Positions 18,738 to 28,843 of a stretch of DNA of 64,000 bases are shown piece after piece; position 1 is the stretch's first letter; every line of letters begins with the position of its first letter. A program made the position numbers and the translations under genes. This stretch comes from Armatimonadota bacterium (GTDB lineage: Bacteria; Armatimonadota; Fimbriimonadia; Fimbriimonadales; GBS-DC), in assembly GCA_037445735.1 (NCBI GenBank), contig JBBIJY010000010.1:3664-67663 (forward strand), in the 5' to 3' direction. The notes under the pieces are model-generated. The model was not told the DNA's origin, did not search any database, and saw nothing but the letters and a program-made list of their open reading frames with translations.

Positions 18738-19345
18738 GAACCGTGCGACGGCAAAAAGGCTTGACGCTGGTGGAAGCACTCATCGCGCTTGCGGTCGCAG
18801 GCTTGCTGGTCGCAGCCCTGTTGACCCTTTATGTGCAGGGCACGCGCGGCTCCACACACCTGCAGAGCAAGGCGCTCACCGAGCGCATGGTGGAAACCGC
18901 GCTGATGGAGATGGAAAGCGCGTGCCGACAGGCAATGTTCGCAGAGGTCAAAAACGGGCGACTGATTCTGACCTTCCCGCGCGATACCGACGCCTACGGC
19001 AAGCCCATGCCGGTCAAGGCGAAAGATTCTCCCACCTATCGCAAGGGCACAGAAATGGTGTATTACCTGTCAGACGCCTCCGGCGCTCTCAATCGGCGCG
19101 GCACCATCCTCTGGCGAGGCATTCTATCGAGCAGCTCCGTTCAGCCCGATACCTCCTGGAGCCTGCTGGGCAACGGGCAGGGACGAATCATGCCCATCAC
19201 CCGGTTCACCCCATCGGTGCGAATCTTGCCCGCGGGCGTGGCGGTGACCCTGACGGTGCAATCGGTCATTCAATCAGGGGAGGATCGCTATGAGACAACA
19301 CGCACGCGCACATTCCTGGTGCAGAATGCGAACACATGGCGTTAG
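18734..19345 (+). CDS. Minor pseudopilin (GspJ/PilW-like)
   Basis: Prepilin N-terminus KGLTLVEALIALAVAGLLVAALL. Confidence 0.6.
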   Translation: MRTVRRQKGLTLVEALIALAVAGLLVAALLTLYVQGTRGSTHLQSKALTERMVETALMEMESACRQAMFAEVKNGRLILTFPRDTDAYGKPMPVKAKDSPTYRKGTEMVYYLSDASGALNRRGTILWRGILSSSSVQPDTSWSLLGNGQGRIMPITRFTPSVRILPAGVAVTLTVQSVIQSGEDRYETTRTRTFLVQNANTWR

Positions 19346-20357
19346 ACGTCAGCGCGGCAGCACCTACGCGATTGCGCTGATTGTGCTCACGGTGCTGGGC
19401 ACGCTGGCGACGATGCTCGGCTGGAGCGCGCTGCTGCAGAGCTGGCACGCACAGCGTAAAGAGACCCAGCTGCGCCTCGATTCGCTGCTCGCCAGCGGCG
19501 TCACCTACGCCCGCTGGGCACGCGCCTACCAGGGGCAGAGCCTGCCCTTCACTTTCAACCTGAACCTGAGTGAAGGGCGCGTCACCGGGCGCGTGGACGC
19601 CGATAGTCGCTACGGCGATAACGCCATGGTGGTGCAGGTCACCGCCACCTACAGGGATCAAACAAAGTCGCTCACGCGAATCGTGGATGGCACCCGCAGA
19701 GCGCGCAGCACCACCGAGTTCGCCCTCTTCATCGATGAAGAGCTCGATGTGGGATCGGGCAGAAAGCTGAGCGTCGAAGGCGACCTGCACGCCAACAACA
19801 ATATCCAGGTGCAATCCGGTGGGGTCCTGACTGTCGATGGCGCCATCAGCACAAGCCGACAGATTCTTGGTAGTGCCATCGCCACCCTCTATAGCGAAAC
19901 CTGGGGGCGTCTCGTGCCAAACGACCTGCCCAGCCTGACCAATCTGCGCTCACAAGCCACCCAGGTAGTTGCTGGCAATCAGAACCTGCCGTTCGGACTG
20001 ACACTGCCGAACCAGTCCGTCTACTATGTACAGGGCAACCTGCAGATTCAGGGACCGCTGCAGGGCAACGCGATTATCGTGGCGGAAGGCAATATTGTGT
20101 TCACGGGCGACACCAGCTACGCCGACAACGACTCGCTGTTCGTGTTCTTTGCGGAGGGCAACATCGAGGTGCCCGATAACGTCCGCGTGTCGGGGCTGCT
20201 TATCAGCCTCGATGGGAATGTGAAACTGGGTAACAGGGCGCAGGTCAACGGCGGGATTATCATTCTGGATGGCGATTTGCAGCTGCAGGGCGAGGCACAG
20301 CTCGAACATGACCCGCGCATTAACGCCGACCTCTTCCGCGAGCTGACTCGCCTATAG
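19326..20357 (+). CDS. GspK/PilX-like minor pseudopilin with C-terminal beta-helix-like repeat domain
   Basis: N-terminus RGSTYAIALIVLTVLGTLATML. The C-terminal half has GN-[IV]-x repeats (GNIVFTGD, GNIEVPDN, GNVKLGN, GGIIILDGDLQLQG) suggesting a parallel beta-helix. Confidence 0.5.
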   Translation: MRTHGVRRQRGSTYAIALIVLTVLGTLATMLGWSALLQSWHAQRKETQLRLDSLLASGVTYARWARAYQGQSLPFTFNLNLSEGRVTGRVDADSRYGDNAMVVQVTATYRDQTKSLTRIVDGTRRARSTTEFALFIDEELDVGSGRKLSVEGDLHANNNIQVQSGGVLTVDGAISTSRQILGSAIATLYSETWGRLVPNDLPSLTNLRSQATQVVAGNQNLPFGLTLPNQSVYYVQGNLQIQGPLQGNAIIVAEGNIVFTGDTSYADNDSLFVFFAEGNIEVPDNVRVSGLLISLDGNVKLGNRAQVNGGIIILDGDLQLQGEAQLEHDPRINADLFRELTRL

Positions 20358-20457
20358 GAAACTACGGGGGTGCTCCCGGTTCTCGACGTACCGATCCCAT
20401 GAAGAGGTGGATATTGCCTGGCACAGGGAGATTTATTGACGCAAGGAGGCTTTATCG

Positions 20458-22161
20458 ATGAGACGATGGTGCTGGATTCGGAACGGTCATTCGGCAGACC
20501 CTGAGCGGTCAGGTCTGTCAGGGCAGGAGCACGGGTGTGATGCTCGCGTCCCTGCAGGAGGGGGCGCACAGCCAGTGCGCACGGCTGTCCTGCTGATGTC
20601 GTTGCTGTTGTGGGGCGCGCTCGCGACACGCTCCACCCTCCTGCTGACAGCTTGCGTCGGACTGAGCGTGGCGACGCTGTTGCTCTGGCAGCAGGAGCGT
20701 CGGTCGGAGGGTCAGCGTCCGATGGCCTGGGCGCTGCTCTGGCTGATTGCCTGCGCCCTGCTGATTCTTTCGCCCGAGCCGTCGCGCACATGGTGGATGG
20801 CAGGCGCGTTCGGATTAGCAGCGGGATGGGCTGGCGGGAGCCGTCTCTGGCGCACGCTGGGCGTTACGATGGCGGTGTTCGCCAGCATCGAGTGGCAGAT
20901 GCTCGGTGATGGGTTGACCCTCAGCCTGCAGAGCGCGTCGGCACTGTGGGGGTTAGCCGAGCAGCTGCTGCGAATCGGCTTGCTGGGGCTGGGTGCATGG
21001 CTGGTCGGTCGCGCGCCAGCGGGCGATTCGGCGCCCGTGAAGCAGGCTGTGGAGCCTGTGCCGTTAGAGAACCTGCCCCACCCGCGCTTCCTCTCTCAGC
21101 GGTTGAGCGTCTACCTGCAGCAGCATCTGCCGCGCCTGCAGGCGGAAGGCGCCGTGCTGTATCTGTACGATTTGCGCGCGGGCGCCCTGGATGCCGTTCT
21201 ACGGCTGGGAGCGTTGCCCGATTTAGTCAAGCAGCGGGCGCGCGTGCCGATGGGCGACGGGATGGTGGGCGTGTGTGCCGCCACGGGGCGACCGCTGGCG
21301 TTCCTCTCGCTGCTGAAGCCGCCCGCTGACCTGCCGCGCAATGTGGCGTGGGAGGGCGCACCCAGCCTCTGTGTGCCCCTGTTCGACCCCACCAGCCCCA
21401 GCGGGCGACCGCTCGGCGTGCTTCAACTCACTGGAACCCACCTCTCGATGGAGGCGCTGCCGCTCGCTCAATCGGTTGCCGCTCGTCTCGCTGAAGCGCT
21501 GGCACTTGTGCGCCAGCGCGAAGCCGAGCAGCTGGCAAACTTCCAGAAGCTGAGCGCGATTGTCGCTCAGGTGGAAGAGCAAAGCCCCCACACGCGCGGG
21601 CACTCCCATCGCGTGGCGGCGCTGTGCGACCTGCTCGCCGAAGAGCTGGGGCTGGAACCCGAGCTGCGCGAGAAGCTGCGCATCGCCGCGCTCTTCCACG
21701 ACATCGGCAAAACGCGCGTGCCGCCCGAAATCCTCAACAAAGAGGGCGCACTCACCGATGAAGAAAAACTCCAGATCCGCCGATACCCCATCTACAGCGT
21801 GGAAATCTGCGGCGGTATGGGCTTCGACGAGGATGTGCTGTTCCTGATCCGGCACCATGGCGAGCGGCTGGATGGTTCGGGCTATCCCGATGGGCTGGAC
21901 GCCGCGCGTCAGCCCCTGGCGCTGCGCATCCTTGCCGTCGCCGATGTGTTCGACACGATGGCATGCACGCGCGCCTATCGCGACGCCTTAAGCACCGAGG
22001 AGCGCCTGCGCGAGCTGTCGCGCCTGGCGGGCACCAGGCTGGACATCCTGGTGGTGGAGACCCTGCGTCGGGCGCACCTGCAGGGGCGACTGGAGCCAAT
22101 CTACAACGAGCTGCTGCGTGATCCGCTGGCGAGTCAGGAGCCGAAGCTGCTGGCGGCATAG
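20458..22161 (+). CDS. Membrane-anchored GAF + HD-GYP domain protein (c-di-GMP phosphodiesterase family)
   Basis: HD motif HSHRVAALCDLL...ALFHDIGK and HHGERLDGSGYPDGL (HD-GYP); N-terminal TM segments. The true start is probably downstream of the tracked ATG. Confidence 0.8.
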   Translation: MRRWCWIRNGHSADPERSGLSGQEHGCDARVPAGGGAQPVRTAVLLMSLLLWGALATRSTLLLTACVGLSVATLLLWQQERRSEGQRPMAWALLWLIACALLILSPEPSRTWWMAGAFGLAAGWAGGSRLWRTLGVTMAVFASIEWQMLGDGLTLSLQSASALWGLAEQLLRIGLLGLGAWLVGRAPAGDSAPVKQAVEPVPLENLPHPRFLSQRLSVYLQQHLPRLQAEGAVLYLYDLRAGALDAVLRLGALPDLVKQRARVPMGDGMVGVCAATGRPLAFLSLLKPPADLPRNVAWEGAPSLCVPLFDPTSPSGRPLGVLQLTGTHLSMEALPLAQSVAARLAEALALVRQREAEQLANFQKLSAIVAQVEEQSPHTRGHSHRVAALCDLLAEELGLEPELREKLRIAALFHDIGKTRVPPEILNKEGALTDEEKLQIRRYPIYSVEICGGMGFDEDVLFLIRHHGERLDGSGYPDGLDAARQPLALRILAVADVFDTMACTRAYRDALSTEERLRELSRLAGTRLDILVVETLRRAHLQGRLEPIYNELLRDPLASQEPKLLAA

Positions 22162-22162
22162 A

Positions 22163-22813
22163 TCAGTGCGGGCGGTGCTGGCGTCGCATCCAGAGCCAGC
22201 CGAGCGGGAGCCCGACCAGCGCGCCCAGCAGGGCGCCCCAGCCGCCGAACGCCCAGTAGCCCAGCCAGCCCAGGATCGCAGGGGGCAATCCCAGCACCAG
22301 CAGATAGACCATCAGCAGCCCTGCCACCATGCCCCCAATCAAGCCGACCAGCGCGCCCGGAATACAGCCCACAATCCCGAACGGCAGCCCAACGAGGAAG
22401 CCCGCCACCAGCCCCAGCCCTGCGAACAGCCCCGACAGCAGCTGCGCCCACACAGGCAGCGTGTGGGTCTGCACCTGCACGCGCTGGAACCGCTGCTGAT
22501 AGCCCGCCCGCATCTGCATGTAGGGGTCGCGCGGGGAAGCACGCACCGAAAGCGGTCTGGGCGGTGTGGCTGTGCCGCCGCCGTTCTGGCGCGCCGCATC
22601 GTACGCCGCCCGCCGCGCCGGGTTGCCCAGAATCGCGTACGCCGCGTTCACCCGCTTCATCTTCTCTTCATACTCGCGCTGCTTGCCGTCGGGCGCATGA
22701 TCGGGATGGTAGCGCCGTGCCAGCTGGCGATAGGCTTGCCGAATCGCCTCCTGCGAGGCATCGGGCGTCAGCCCCAGCTCCCGATAGGCGTCCCAGTGCC
22801 GTTCGAACCGCAT
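22163..22813 (-). CDS. J-domain (DnaJ-like) protein with C-terminal glycine-zipper transmembrane region
   Basis: J-domain DAYRELGLTPDASQEAIRQAYRQLARRYHPD with HPD; C-terminal GxxxG-rich hydrophobic segments. Confidence 0.7.
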   Translation of the reverse strand: MRFERHWDAYRELGLTPDASQEAIRQAYRQLARRYHPDHAPDGKQREYEEKMKRVNAAYAILGNPARRAAYDAARQNGGGTATPPRPLSVRASPRDPYMQMRAGYQQRFQRVQVQTHTLPVWAQLLSGLFAGLGLVAGFLVGLPFGIVGCIPGALVGLIGGMVAGLLMVYLLVLGLPPAILGWLGYWAFGGWGALLGALVGLPLGWLWMRRQHRPH

Positions 22814-22845
22814 CGCCCCCTTCTATTGTACACCACCGGAACGCC

Positions 22846-24450
22846 TTAATCGGTGAGCAGCTTTTGCAGGCGTTGGGCAAGCTGCGCCAGAGTGAACGGC
22901 TTCTCCAGCAGTTCGATGCCCGGTTTCAGCTCGCCGCGCTCGGCGATGGCGTTCGCCGTGTAGCCCGAAATGAACAGCACCCTCAGGTTCGGGTTCAGCC
23001 GCTGCAGACGCTCGGTCAGCTCGGTACTGCTCATTTGCGGCAGCACCACATCGGTAATCAGCAGGTCGAACGCCGTCGGCTGACGCTCGAACTGTTCGAT
23101 GGCTTCGGCAGGGCTGACCACAGGAAGCACCGTATAGCCCAGCGCGATCAGCATCTGCGTGATGGCGTCGCGCGTGCTGTCGTCGTCCTCCACCAGCAGG
23201 ATCGAGCCGTGCCCGCGCGGTATTTCGTGCGTGGGAGTCGGGGCAGCGGCAGGCGGCTGGGCAGGCTGATCGATGCGCGGCAGATAGATTTTGAAGGTGG
23301 TGCCTTTGCCCGGCTCGCTGTAGACCCAGATGTATCCGTTCGCCTGCGTGATGATGCCATGCACGGTCGCCAGCCCCAGCCCCGTGCCTTCCTCGCGCGT
23401 GGTGAAGAACGGCTCAAATATATGGGGCAGATGTTCAGGCGGGATACCGTGCCCCGTGTCCGTGACGCTCAACAGCACATAGTCGCCCGGCTGCACAGAC
23501 CAGTGTGTTTCGCTGTAGTCGGCGCCCAGTGTATAGTTCGCTGTCTCAATAATCAGTTTGCCGCCAGCGGGCATCGCCTCGCGCGCGTTCGCTGCCAGAT
23601 TCAGCAGCACCTGCTCAATCTGAACGGCATCGACGCGCACCGTGCCCAGATTGGACATCAGATGGGTCTGTACCTCGATATCCTCGCCCAGCAGCCGTTG
23701 CAGAAGGGGCAGATGATCCCGTATCAGCGTGTTGAGGTCGGTCGGGCGCGGCGTGATGAGACGGCGACTGGCAATCGCCAGCAACTGGCTGACCATCTGG
23801 CTACCCCGCGACACACTGTGCAGAATCTGTTGCAGAGCCGACTGCATTGGATGATCCGCCTCCAGATTCAGCCGGGCAATCTCCGCGAAGCCGCTGATTG
23901 CCGCCAGAATGTTGTTGAAATCGTGGGCGATCCCACCCGCTAAGCGTCCAATACTCTCCAGCCGTTGTGCCTGCTCCACCTGCTGTTGCAGACGGCGCTG
24001 CTCCGTGCGATCCGTCATCAGCATCAGCACGCCCACCGGCACGGTGTTTGAATCTGTCAGGGGCTGCACAGACGCCTCGTACCAGCGCTTGCGCCACTCG
24101 AACTCGCAACGCGATGCCTCCCCGTTCAGGGCGCGGTGATACACCGTGATCACGGGGATGTCCTCACCCACTGTGCCGAAATAGTCATGCAGGCTCTGAC
24201 CCGGCATCTGGCTCTCGTCCAGCTCCAGCGCTCTAAGCCCTGTGCCAGTGGCAGAAGTGATGCGCGCCTCCCTGTCCAGCGTCAGCAGCACCACCGGCAA
24301 CTGATCGAGCAGCACCTGCAGGCGCGCCTCGCGATCGCGCAGCATCGCCTCCATGCCCTGCATCCGTTCCACCAGCGCCCGCAACTGGCTGTTCTCCTCC
24401 AGTAGCTGCGCATAGGCATGTTGCAACTGCTCCTGTTCCGAATGTTCCAT
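22846..24450 (-). CDS. Hybrid sensor histidine kinase (PAS - HisKA - HATPase_c - REC)
   Basis: H-box IAHDFNN, N/G boxes LNLAANAREAM, DTGHGI and GTGLGL; C-terminal receiver ILLVEDDD...LITDVVLP...LFISGY. Confidence 0.85.
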   Translation of the reverse strand: MEHSEQEQLQHAYAQLLEENSQLRALVERMQGMEAMLRDREARLQVLLDQLPVVLLTLDREARITSATGTGLRALELDESQMPGQSLHDYFGTVGEDIPVITVYHRALNGEASRCEFEWRKRWYEASVQPLTDSNTVPVGVLMLMTDRTEQRRLQQQVEQAQRLESIGRLAGGIAHDFNNILAAISGFAEIARLNLEADHPMQSALQQILHSVSRGSQMVSQLLAIASRRLITPRPTDLNTLIRDHLPLLQRLLGEDIEVQTHLMSNLGTVRVDAVQIEQVLLNLAANAREAMPAGGKLIIETANYTLGADYSETHWSVQPGDYVLLSVTDTGHGIPPEHLPHIFEPFFTTREEGTGLGLATVHGIITQANGYIWVYSEPGKGTTFKIYLPRIDQPAQPPAAAPTPTHEIPRGHGSILLVEDDDSTRDAITQMLIALGYTVLPVVSPAEAIEQFERQPTAFDLLITDVVLPQMSSTELTERLQRLNPNLRVLFISGYTANAIAERGELKPGIELLEKPFTLAQLAQRLQKLLTD

Positions 24451-24576
24451 TCTGCCTCCCTGTTGAATGAGCAAACGGAGCAGCGGTGCATCTGCCTTTC
24501 GGGAACAGCCCCCGTTCGCTATCAAAATCAGTATACCCGATTTTGTCAGGTGAAATGAAATTGCGCATTTTTTCTT

Positions 24577-25491
24577 TTAGAGGGGTGGGCGGATGGGCAG
24601 GAAGGTGAGCATCAGGCGCAGCAGGCTCTTGACGCGCAGCGGGTAGAGGCGCAGGGAGTGCAGGTACGCCTGCCGCGCCCGACGCCGATTGCCCAGCAGG
24701 GCGTACTCCGTGCCCAGACAGGCGTAGGAATGCGCCAGCGCCAATCGCATCGCCTGCGCGTCGTTCGCCCGCTGCCACAACCGCGCCTCGTTCGCATGGA
24801 TGGTCTCTTCACGCACGCGCACATCGTCCTCGTACACGCGCCGATGCTGGAACGAGGCGTTCGCCCCATGCACCCGATAGAAGGTCAACGGCTCATCGAT
24901 GAAGGCGATATCGTATTCCAGTGCAATCCGAAACCACATCTCCCAGTCGCCGGAGCCGAACAGGTCTTCGCGGAAGCCGCCCAGCCGCTCAAAGCATTCC
25001 CGGCGCACCAGCACCGATGAGGCGATGATCTTATTGCAGCGCACCAGCGCCTCGATGATGTTGCCCGACGGCGTTCGGGGCCACTCGAAGCCCAGCGGGT
25101 TGCCCGACAGGAGATTGCCTTCCGCATCGATGAAGCGTCCATCGGTATGCACCAGTCCCACCTGCGGCTGCGCCTCTAAAAGTGCGACCTGCTTTTCCAG
25201 TTTGGTGGGCGCCCAGCGGTCGTCGGAGTTCAGAATCGCCAGATAGCGCCCGCGCGACTCCGCGATACAGCGATTGAGGGTTGGATAGGTGCCGCGGTTG
25301 GGCTGGGTGAACAGGCGGATGCGCTCCCCGTAGCTGCGCAACAGTTCGACGGAGTGATCCGTGCTGCCGTCATCCACCACTACGATCTCATAGTCGGTGA
25401 AGGTCTGCTCGAACACGCTTTGCAGGGCGTCGGGCAGGAACCGCGCGTGATTATAGCTGGGTATCAGCACGCTCACCGTCGGCTGGCTCAT
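24577..25491 (-). CDS. Family 2 glycosyltransferase
   Basis: VSVLIPSYNHARFL...VVDDGSTD...NSDD (DxD) pattern of GT2. Confidence 0.85.
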   Translation of the reverse strand: MSQPTVSVLIPSYNHARFLPDALQSVFEQTFTDYEIVVVDDGSTDHSVELLRSYGERIRLFTQPNRGTYPTLNRCIAESRGRYLAILNSDDRWAPTKLEKQVALLEAQPQVGLVHTDGRFIDAEGNLLSGNPLGFEWPRTPSGNIIEALVRCNKIIASSVLVRRECFERLGGFREDLFGSGDWEMWFRIALEYDIAFIDEPLTFYRVHGANASFQHRRVYEDDVRVREETIHANEARLWQRANDAQAMRLALAHSYACLGTEYALLGNRRRARQAYLHSLRLYPLRVKSLLRLMLTFLPIRPPL

Positions 25492-25549
25492 CGAGTCGAT
25501 TGTACCTCTCACGCGAGATAAGATTCAGGGTCAATCAGGTACACTTGCG

Positions 25550-28500
25550 TTGATGGAGACGCCATTCGCGACGCAGCTGCGGGTGCGGGAGCGAGCGCAG
25601 CTGCAAGAATGGCTCCAGCAGGTGGCGCAGGGCAACGGTGGCATTCTGATCCTGACGGGCGACTGGGGCATGGGACGCACCAGTCTGCTCCGTGATGCGC
25701 TGGCGCGCGCGCCGACCATCGGGCTGATCACCGCCGACACATGGTGTCGGGGCGAGCATGGTGAGCCAGGCTGGATGCCCCTCGCCTCTCTGATGGAGCA
25801 ATTGCTACGCCATTTCGGCGAGGAGCCGCTTGCGCAGCCTCTGCAGGAGGGGCTGCGGCAGTGGATGGCGTTCCCGCAATCGTGGCATATCCCCGCCCAG
25901 TTCATTCGCCCCCTGCGTGTGCTGGCACGCAAGCGCGGGCTGCTGCTGTGCATCGACGATCTGCATCTCGCTTCCGAACAGCTCTGTCGCCTGATCCAGA
26001 GCTGGCTGTCGGGCATCCGCTTCGAACCGATTGGACTGCTGCTGACCGTCTGCACGCCGATCGAGCATCCACTGCTCCATGAGCTGATTCGGCGCGGCGA
26101 GCAACACGGCGTCGTGCGCACACTCACACTGGCGCCACTGACTCGCGAGGAGGTGCGGGCGCTGATCGAATGCTGGCGCCCCGCGCTCGCGGGCGATGAG
26201 ACCCTCGCCGAAGCGCTGCAGGTGCAGACCGCGGGCAATCCATTGCTGATCACGGAGATTTTGCGCAACGCGGAGGCGTTGGAGGCGGAGTGGCACGCGC
26301 GGCGCGAACTGACGACCGTCGTGCCGACCAGCCTGCGCACGCCCATCCTGCAGCGGATACAGACTCTGCAGGCGCGCGAGTGCGAATTGCTGCAGTGGCT
26401 CAGCTGCTTTGAAAGCGCGATTCCGGAGGCGATTCTGCCCGCGCTCATGAACAGCACCGAACGGCGCACCGCCCAGTGGGTGGCGAGCCTGTTGCGCACG
26501 GGCTGGCTGGAACCTGCACGCCAGCAGCCCCACGCGCTCGCCTGGCGCCACCCGCTCGTGCGAAAAGTTATCTACGAGACCATCCCGACCGACCGCCGCG
26601 CCGCCATGCACCGCCAGATCGCCGAGCGGCTCGAACAGAACCCGCTGCTGCCCGACGAGCAACGCTGGTGGCACTGGATGCACGCGGAACCCGATTCCAT
26701 CGTGCTGGAGCGGCTCTGGAACGCTTATCTGCAGGCGCGCCAGCATACCAGTCCGCGATTCCGTCTGGAGCTGCTGGAGGCATGCCTGCAGGCGGCGACC
26801 CGGCAGGGCGACCGCCCGAAACGAGTGCAACTGTTGTGCGAGCGCCCGCACCTGATGTACTGCCTGCCGAACGGATTGATGCGGGCGCTGGAAGCCTCCC
26901 AGCAGGCGGTTGTGGAGCTGGAAGCGCACCCCGATTGCGACCCGGATCGCACGCTGTGGGTGCAGGTGCATTGCGCCCGCGCGGGTCAACTGGCGCAGCT
27001 GGGGCGCGGCGACGAAGCGCGGCAAGCCATTAATGCCCTGCTCGAATCGGGCAGCTGGTCCGACGCCCAGCAATCGATGCTGGAGCTGACGCTCGCCTAT
27101 CTGCACGCCTGCCAGGGCGACCTGCGAACTGCATGCGCTCTCCATCGCACCGTGTGGACGCGCATGCAGGCGAACCGCGACTGGTGGCAGCGGTGGATGG
27201 GCGTGCTGCGCTATACGCTGCGCTACGCGCTCGCCTGCGCCGACCTCGAGCTGGCGCACGATGTGCTGACCCGGTTCAGCCACTGGTGCAGCCATCCCTC
27301 TGCGGCATCCGCATGGCAGTCGTCGCTCCACCGGATGCAGGCAGACCTCGCTTACTTTGAGGGGCGCGGCGCGGAGCAGCTCTATCATGCCAGCGCGTCC
27401 CGCTCCGCTGACAGCGCCGCCGAACCCCACAGCATCGATTACGAGAGCGAGTTCCAGATTCGGCTCTATCGCGACCCGCTGGAGGCGTTGCATCTCGCCG
27501 AGCGCGCGCTGACGGCGGTGCGCGAGGCGATGGGCTACGAGCGTGAAGCCGAATGGCTCTGTTATCGGGCGCAGGCGCTGCTGGAAGCCGAACGGTTCGA
27601 TGAGTCGCTCGCCGCACTCGCTGAGGCGCGGCGGCTCGCCCGCAAGCTCAATCACCAGCTGGTGCTGGCGCGGAGCGCGCTGCTGCAGGCGACCGTCGCC
27701 CTGCTGATGAACCGTCCCGCGCAGGCGTGCGACGCGCTGATTCAGGCGGAGCCGTCCATCCGCACGCTGAACCTGCCCGAGCTGAACACCGGGTCGGAGC
27801 GACTCCAGTCGATGCTGATGGTTCAGCAGGGCGACCTGACGGCGGCGCAGGCGCACGCGCAAAAAGCGGTTGAACACGCCGTCGCCTGGGGGCACGCGCT
27901 CTATCGCGGGCTGGCGCTGCTGCAACATGCGGCGGTACTGCAGGCGCAGGGCAGCCCGCAGGCAGTTAGTGTGCAGGAAGAGGCGGAGAGCCTGTTGAGC
28001 GGCTACGGGATGCCGCTGGTCTGGCGGCGGCTGCAGGCGCCGCGCCCGACCATAGAGTGGGTGCAGCAGCGCGGCTGGGAGCTGGAGGTGCGACTGCTGG
28101 GCACGGTGCGCCTCCGCTTTCGCGGGCGCGAGCTGCCGCCCGACGAGTGGGTCAGCCCGCGCGCGCGCACCCTGTTCGCCCATCTAACGCTGCTGGAGGG
28201 GCGACCTGCGTATGCCGACACGCTCTGCGAACAGCACTTCGCGCACCTGCCCCTGGAACGCGCACGGGTCAACCTGCAGACGACCGTGTCGGCGGTGCGC
28301 CGCACCCTGCGCCGCGCTTTTGGGGAGACCGCTGGTGACTGGCTGCGCCACGATTCGGGCTTCTACCGCTGGGCGCCCGACCACAGCTGGACCGCGGACG
28401 CCTTCGAGTTCGAGCGCATCGCCCGCGACGCGCTCAGTCGCACCGAGCCTGACGCCCAGCAGGCGCGACTGGACGAAGCGCTCGCCCTCTATCAGGGCGA

Positions 28501-28837
28501 CCTGCTGCCGGAGTTCGCCGAAGAGGAGTGGTGCGCCTCCCATTATCATCGCCTGCGCGCGCTCTATCTGGAGTGCCTGCTCGTGCGAGCGCAAATCGCC
28601 TCTCTCACGGGGCGACCAATGGAGGTGATTGAGTACGGGGAGCGACTGCTGGCGAGCGACCCGTGTGATGAGGCGGCGGCGCGACTACTAATGCAGGCTT
28701 ATCGGGCGCTGGGACGCCGCGCCGAAGCCTTTCAGGTGTACGCGCGCTGCCAGAAAGCGCTCACCGAGCTGCTCGGCGCGTCGCCCTCTGAGCCGACCCG
28801 CCAGCTGTACGAATCGCTGGTCAGCGCCGTGAGTTAG
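25550..28837 (+). CDS. Large regulatory protein: N-terminal P-loop ATPase, central helical/TPR-like region, C-terminal OmpR-type wHTH + BTAD (SARP/AfsR family, inverted domain order)
   Basis: Walker A-like LILTGDWGMGRTSLL near the N-terminus. The C-terminal 250 aa match the SARP/BTAD pattern (LGTVRLRFRGRELP..., LYQGDLLPEF..., LLMQAYRALGRRAEAFQVYARCQKALTELLGASPSEPTRQLYESL). Confidence 0.75.
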   Translation: MMETPFATQLRVRERAQLQEWLQQVAQGNGGILILTGDWGMGRTSLLRDALARAPTIGLITADTWCRGEHGEPGWMPLASLMEQLLRHFGEEPLAQPLQEGLRQWMAFPQSWHIPAQFIRPLRVLARKRGLLLCIDDLHLASEQLCRLIQSWLSGIRFEPIGLLLTVCTPIEHPLLHELIRRGEQHGVVRTLTLAPLTREEVRALIECWRPALAGDETLAEALQVQTAGNPLLITEILRNAEALEAEWHARRELTTVVPTSLRTPILQRIQTLQARECELLQWLSCFESAIPEAILPALMNSTERRTAQWVASLLRTGWLEPARQQPHALAWRHPLVRKVIYETIPTDRRAAMHRQIAERLEQNPLLPDEQRWWHWMHAEPDSIVLERLWNAYLQARQHTSPRFRLELLEACLQAATRQGDRPKRVQLLCERPHLMYCLPNGLMRALEASQQAVVELEAHPDCDPDRTLWVQVHCARAGQLAQLGRGDEARQAINALLESGSWSDAQQSMLELTLAYLHACQGDLRTACALHRTVWTRMQANRDWWQRWMGVLRYTLRYALACADLELAHDVLTRFSHWCSHPSAASAWQSSLHRMQADLAYFEGRGAEQLYHASASRSADSAAEPHSIDYESEFQIRLYRDPLEALHLAERALTAVREAMGYEREAEWLCYRAQALLEAERFDESLAALAEARRLARKLNHQLVLARSALLQATVALLMNRPAQACDALIQAEPSIRTLNLPELNTGSERLQSMLMVQQGDLTAAQAHAQKAVEHAVAWGHALYRGLALLQHAAVLQAQGSPQAVSVQEEAESLLSGYGMPLVWRRLQAPRPTIEWVQQRGWELEVRLLGTVRLRFRGRELPPDEWVSPRARTLFAHLTLLEGRPAYADTLCEQHFAHLPLERARVNLQTTVSAVRRTLRRAFGETAGDWLRHDSGFYRWAPDHSWTADAFEFERIARDALSRTEPDAQQARLDEALALYQGDLLPEFAEEEWCASHYHRLRALYLECLLVRAQIASLTGRPMEVIEYGERLLASDPCDEAAARLLMQAYRALGRRAEAFQVYARCQKALTELLGASPSEPTRQLYESLVSAVS

Positions 28838-28843
28838 CTCGCT

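Noticed and set aside
22564-23943. 459-aa + strand ORF antisense to the hybrid histidine kinase
   Set aside because: Low-complexity R/A/Q-rich product with no domain. The kinase on the minus strand has complete H, N, G boxes and a REC domain.
25805-28183. 792-aa minus-strand ORF (and 25531..26499) antisense to the SARP/ATPase regulator
   Set aside because: R/A/L-rich low-complexity sequence. The plus-strand product has P-loop and BTAD domains.
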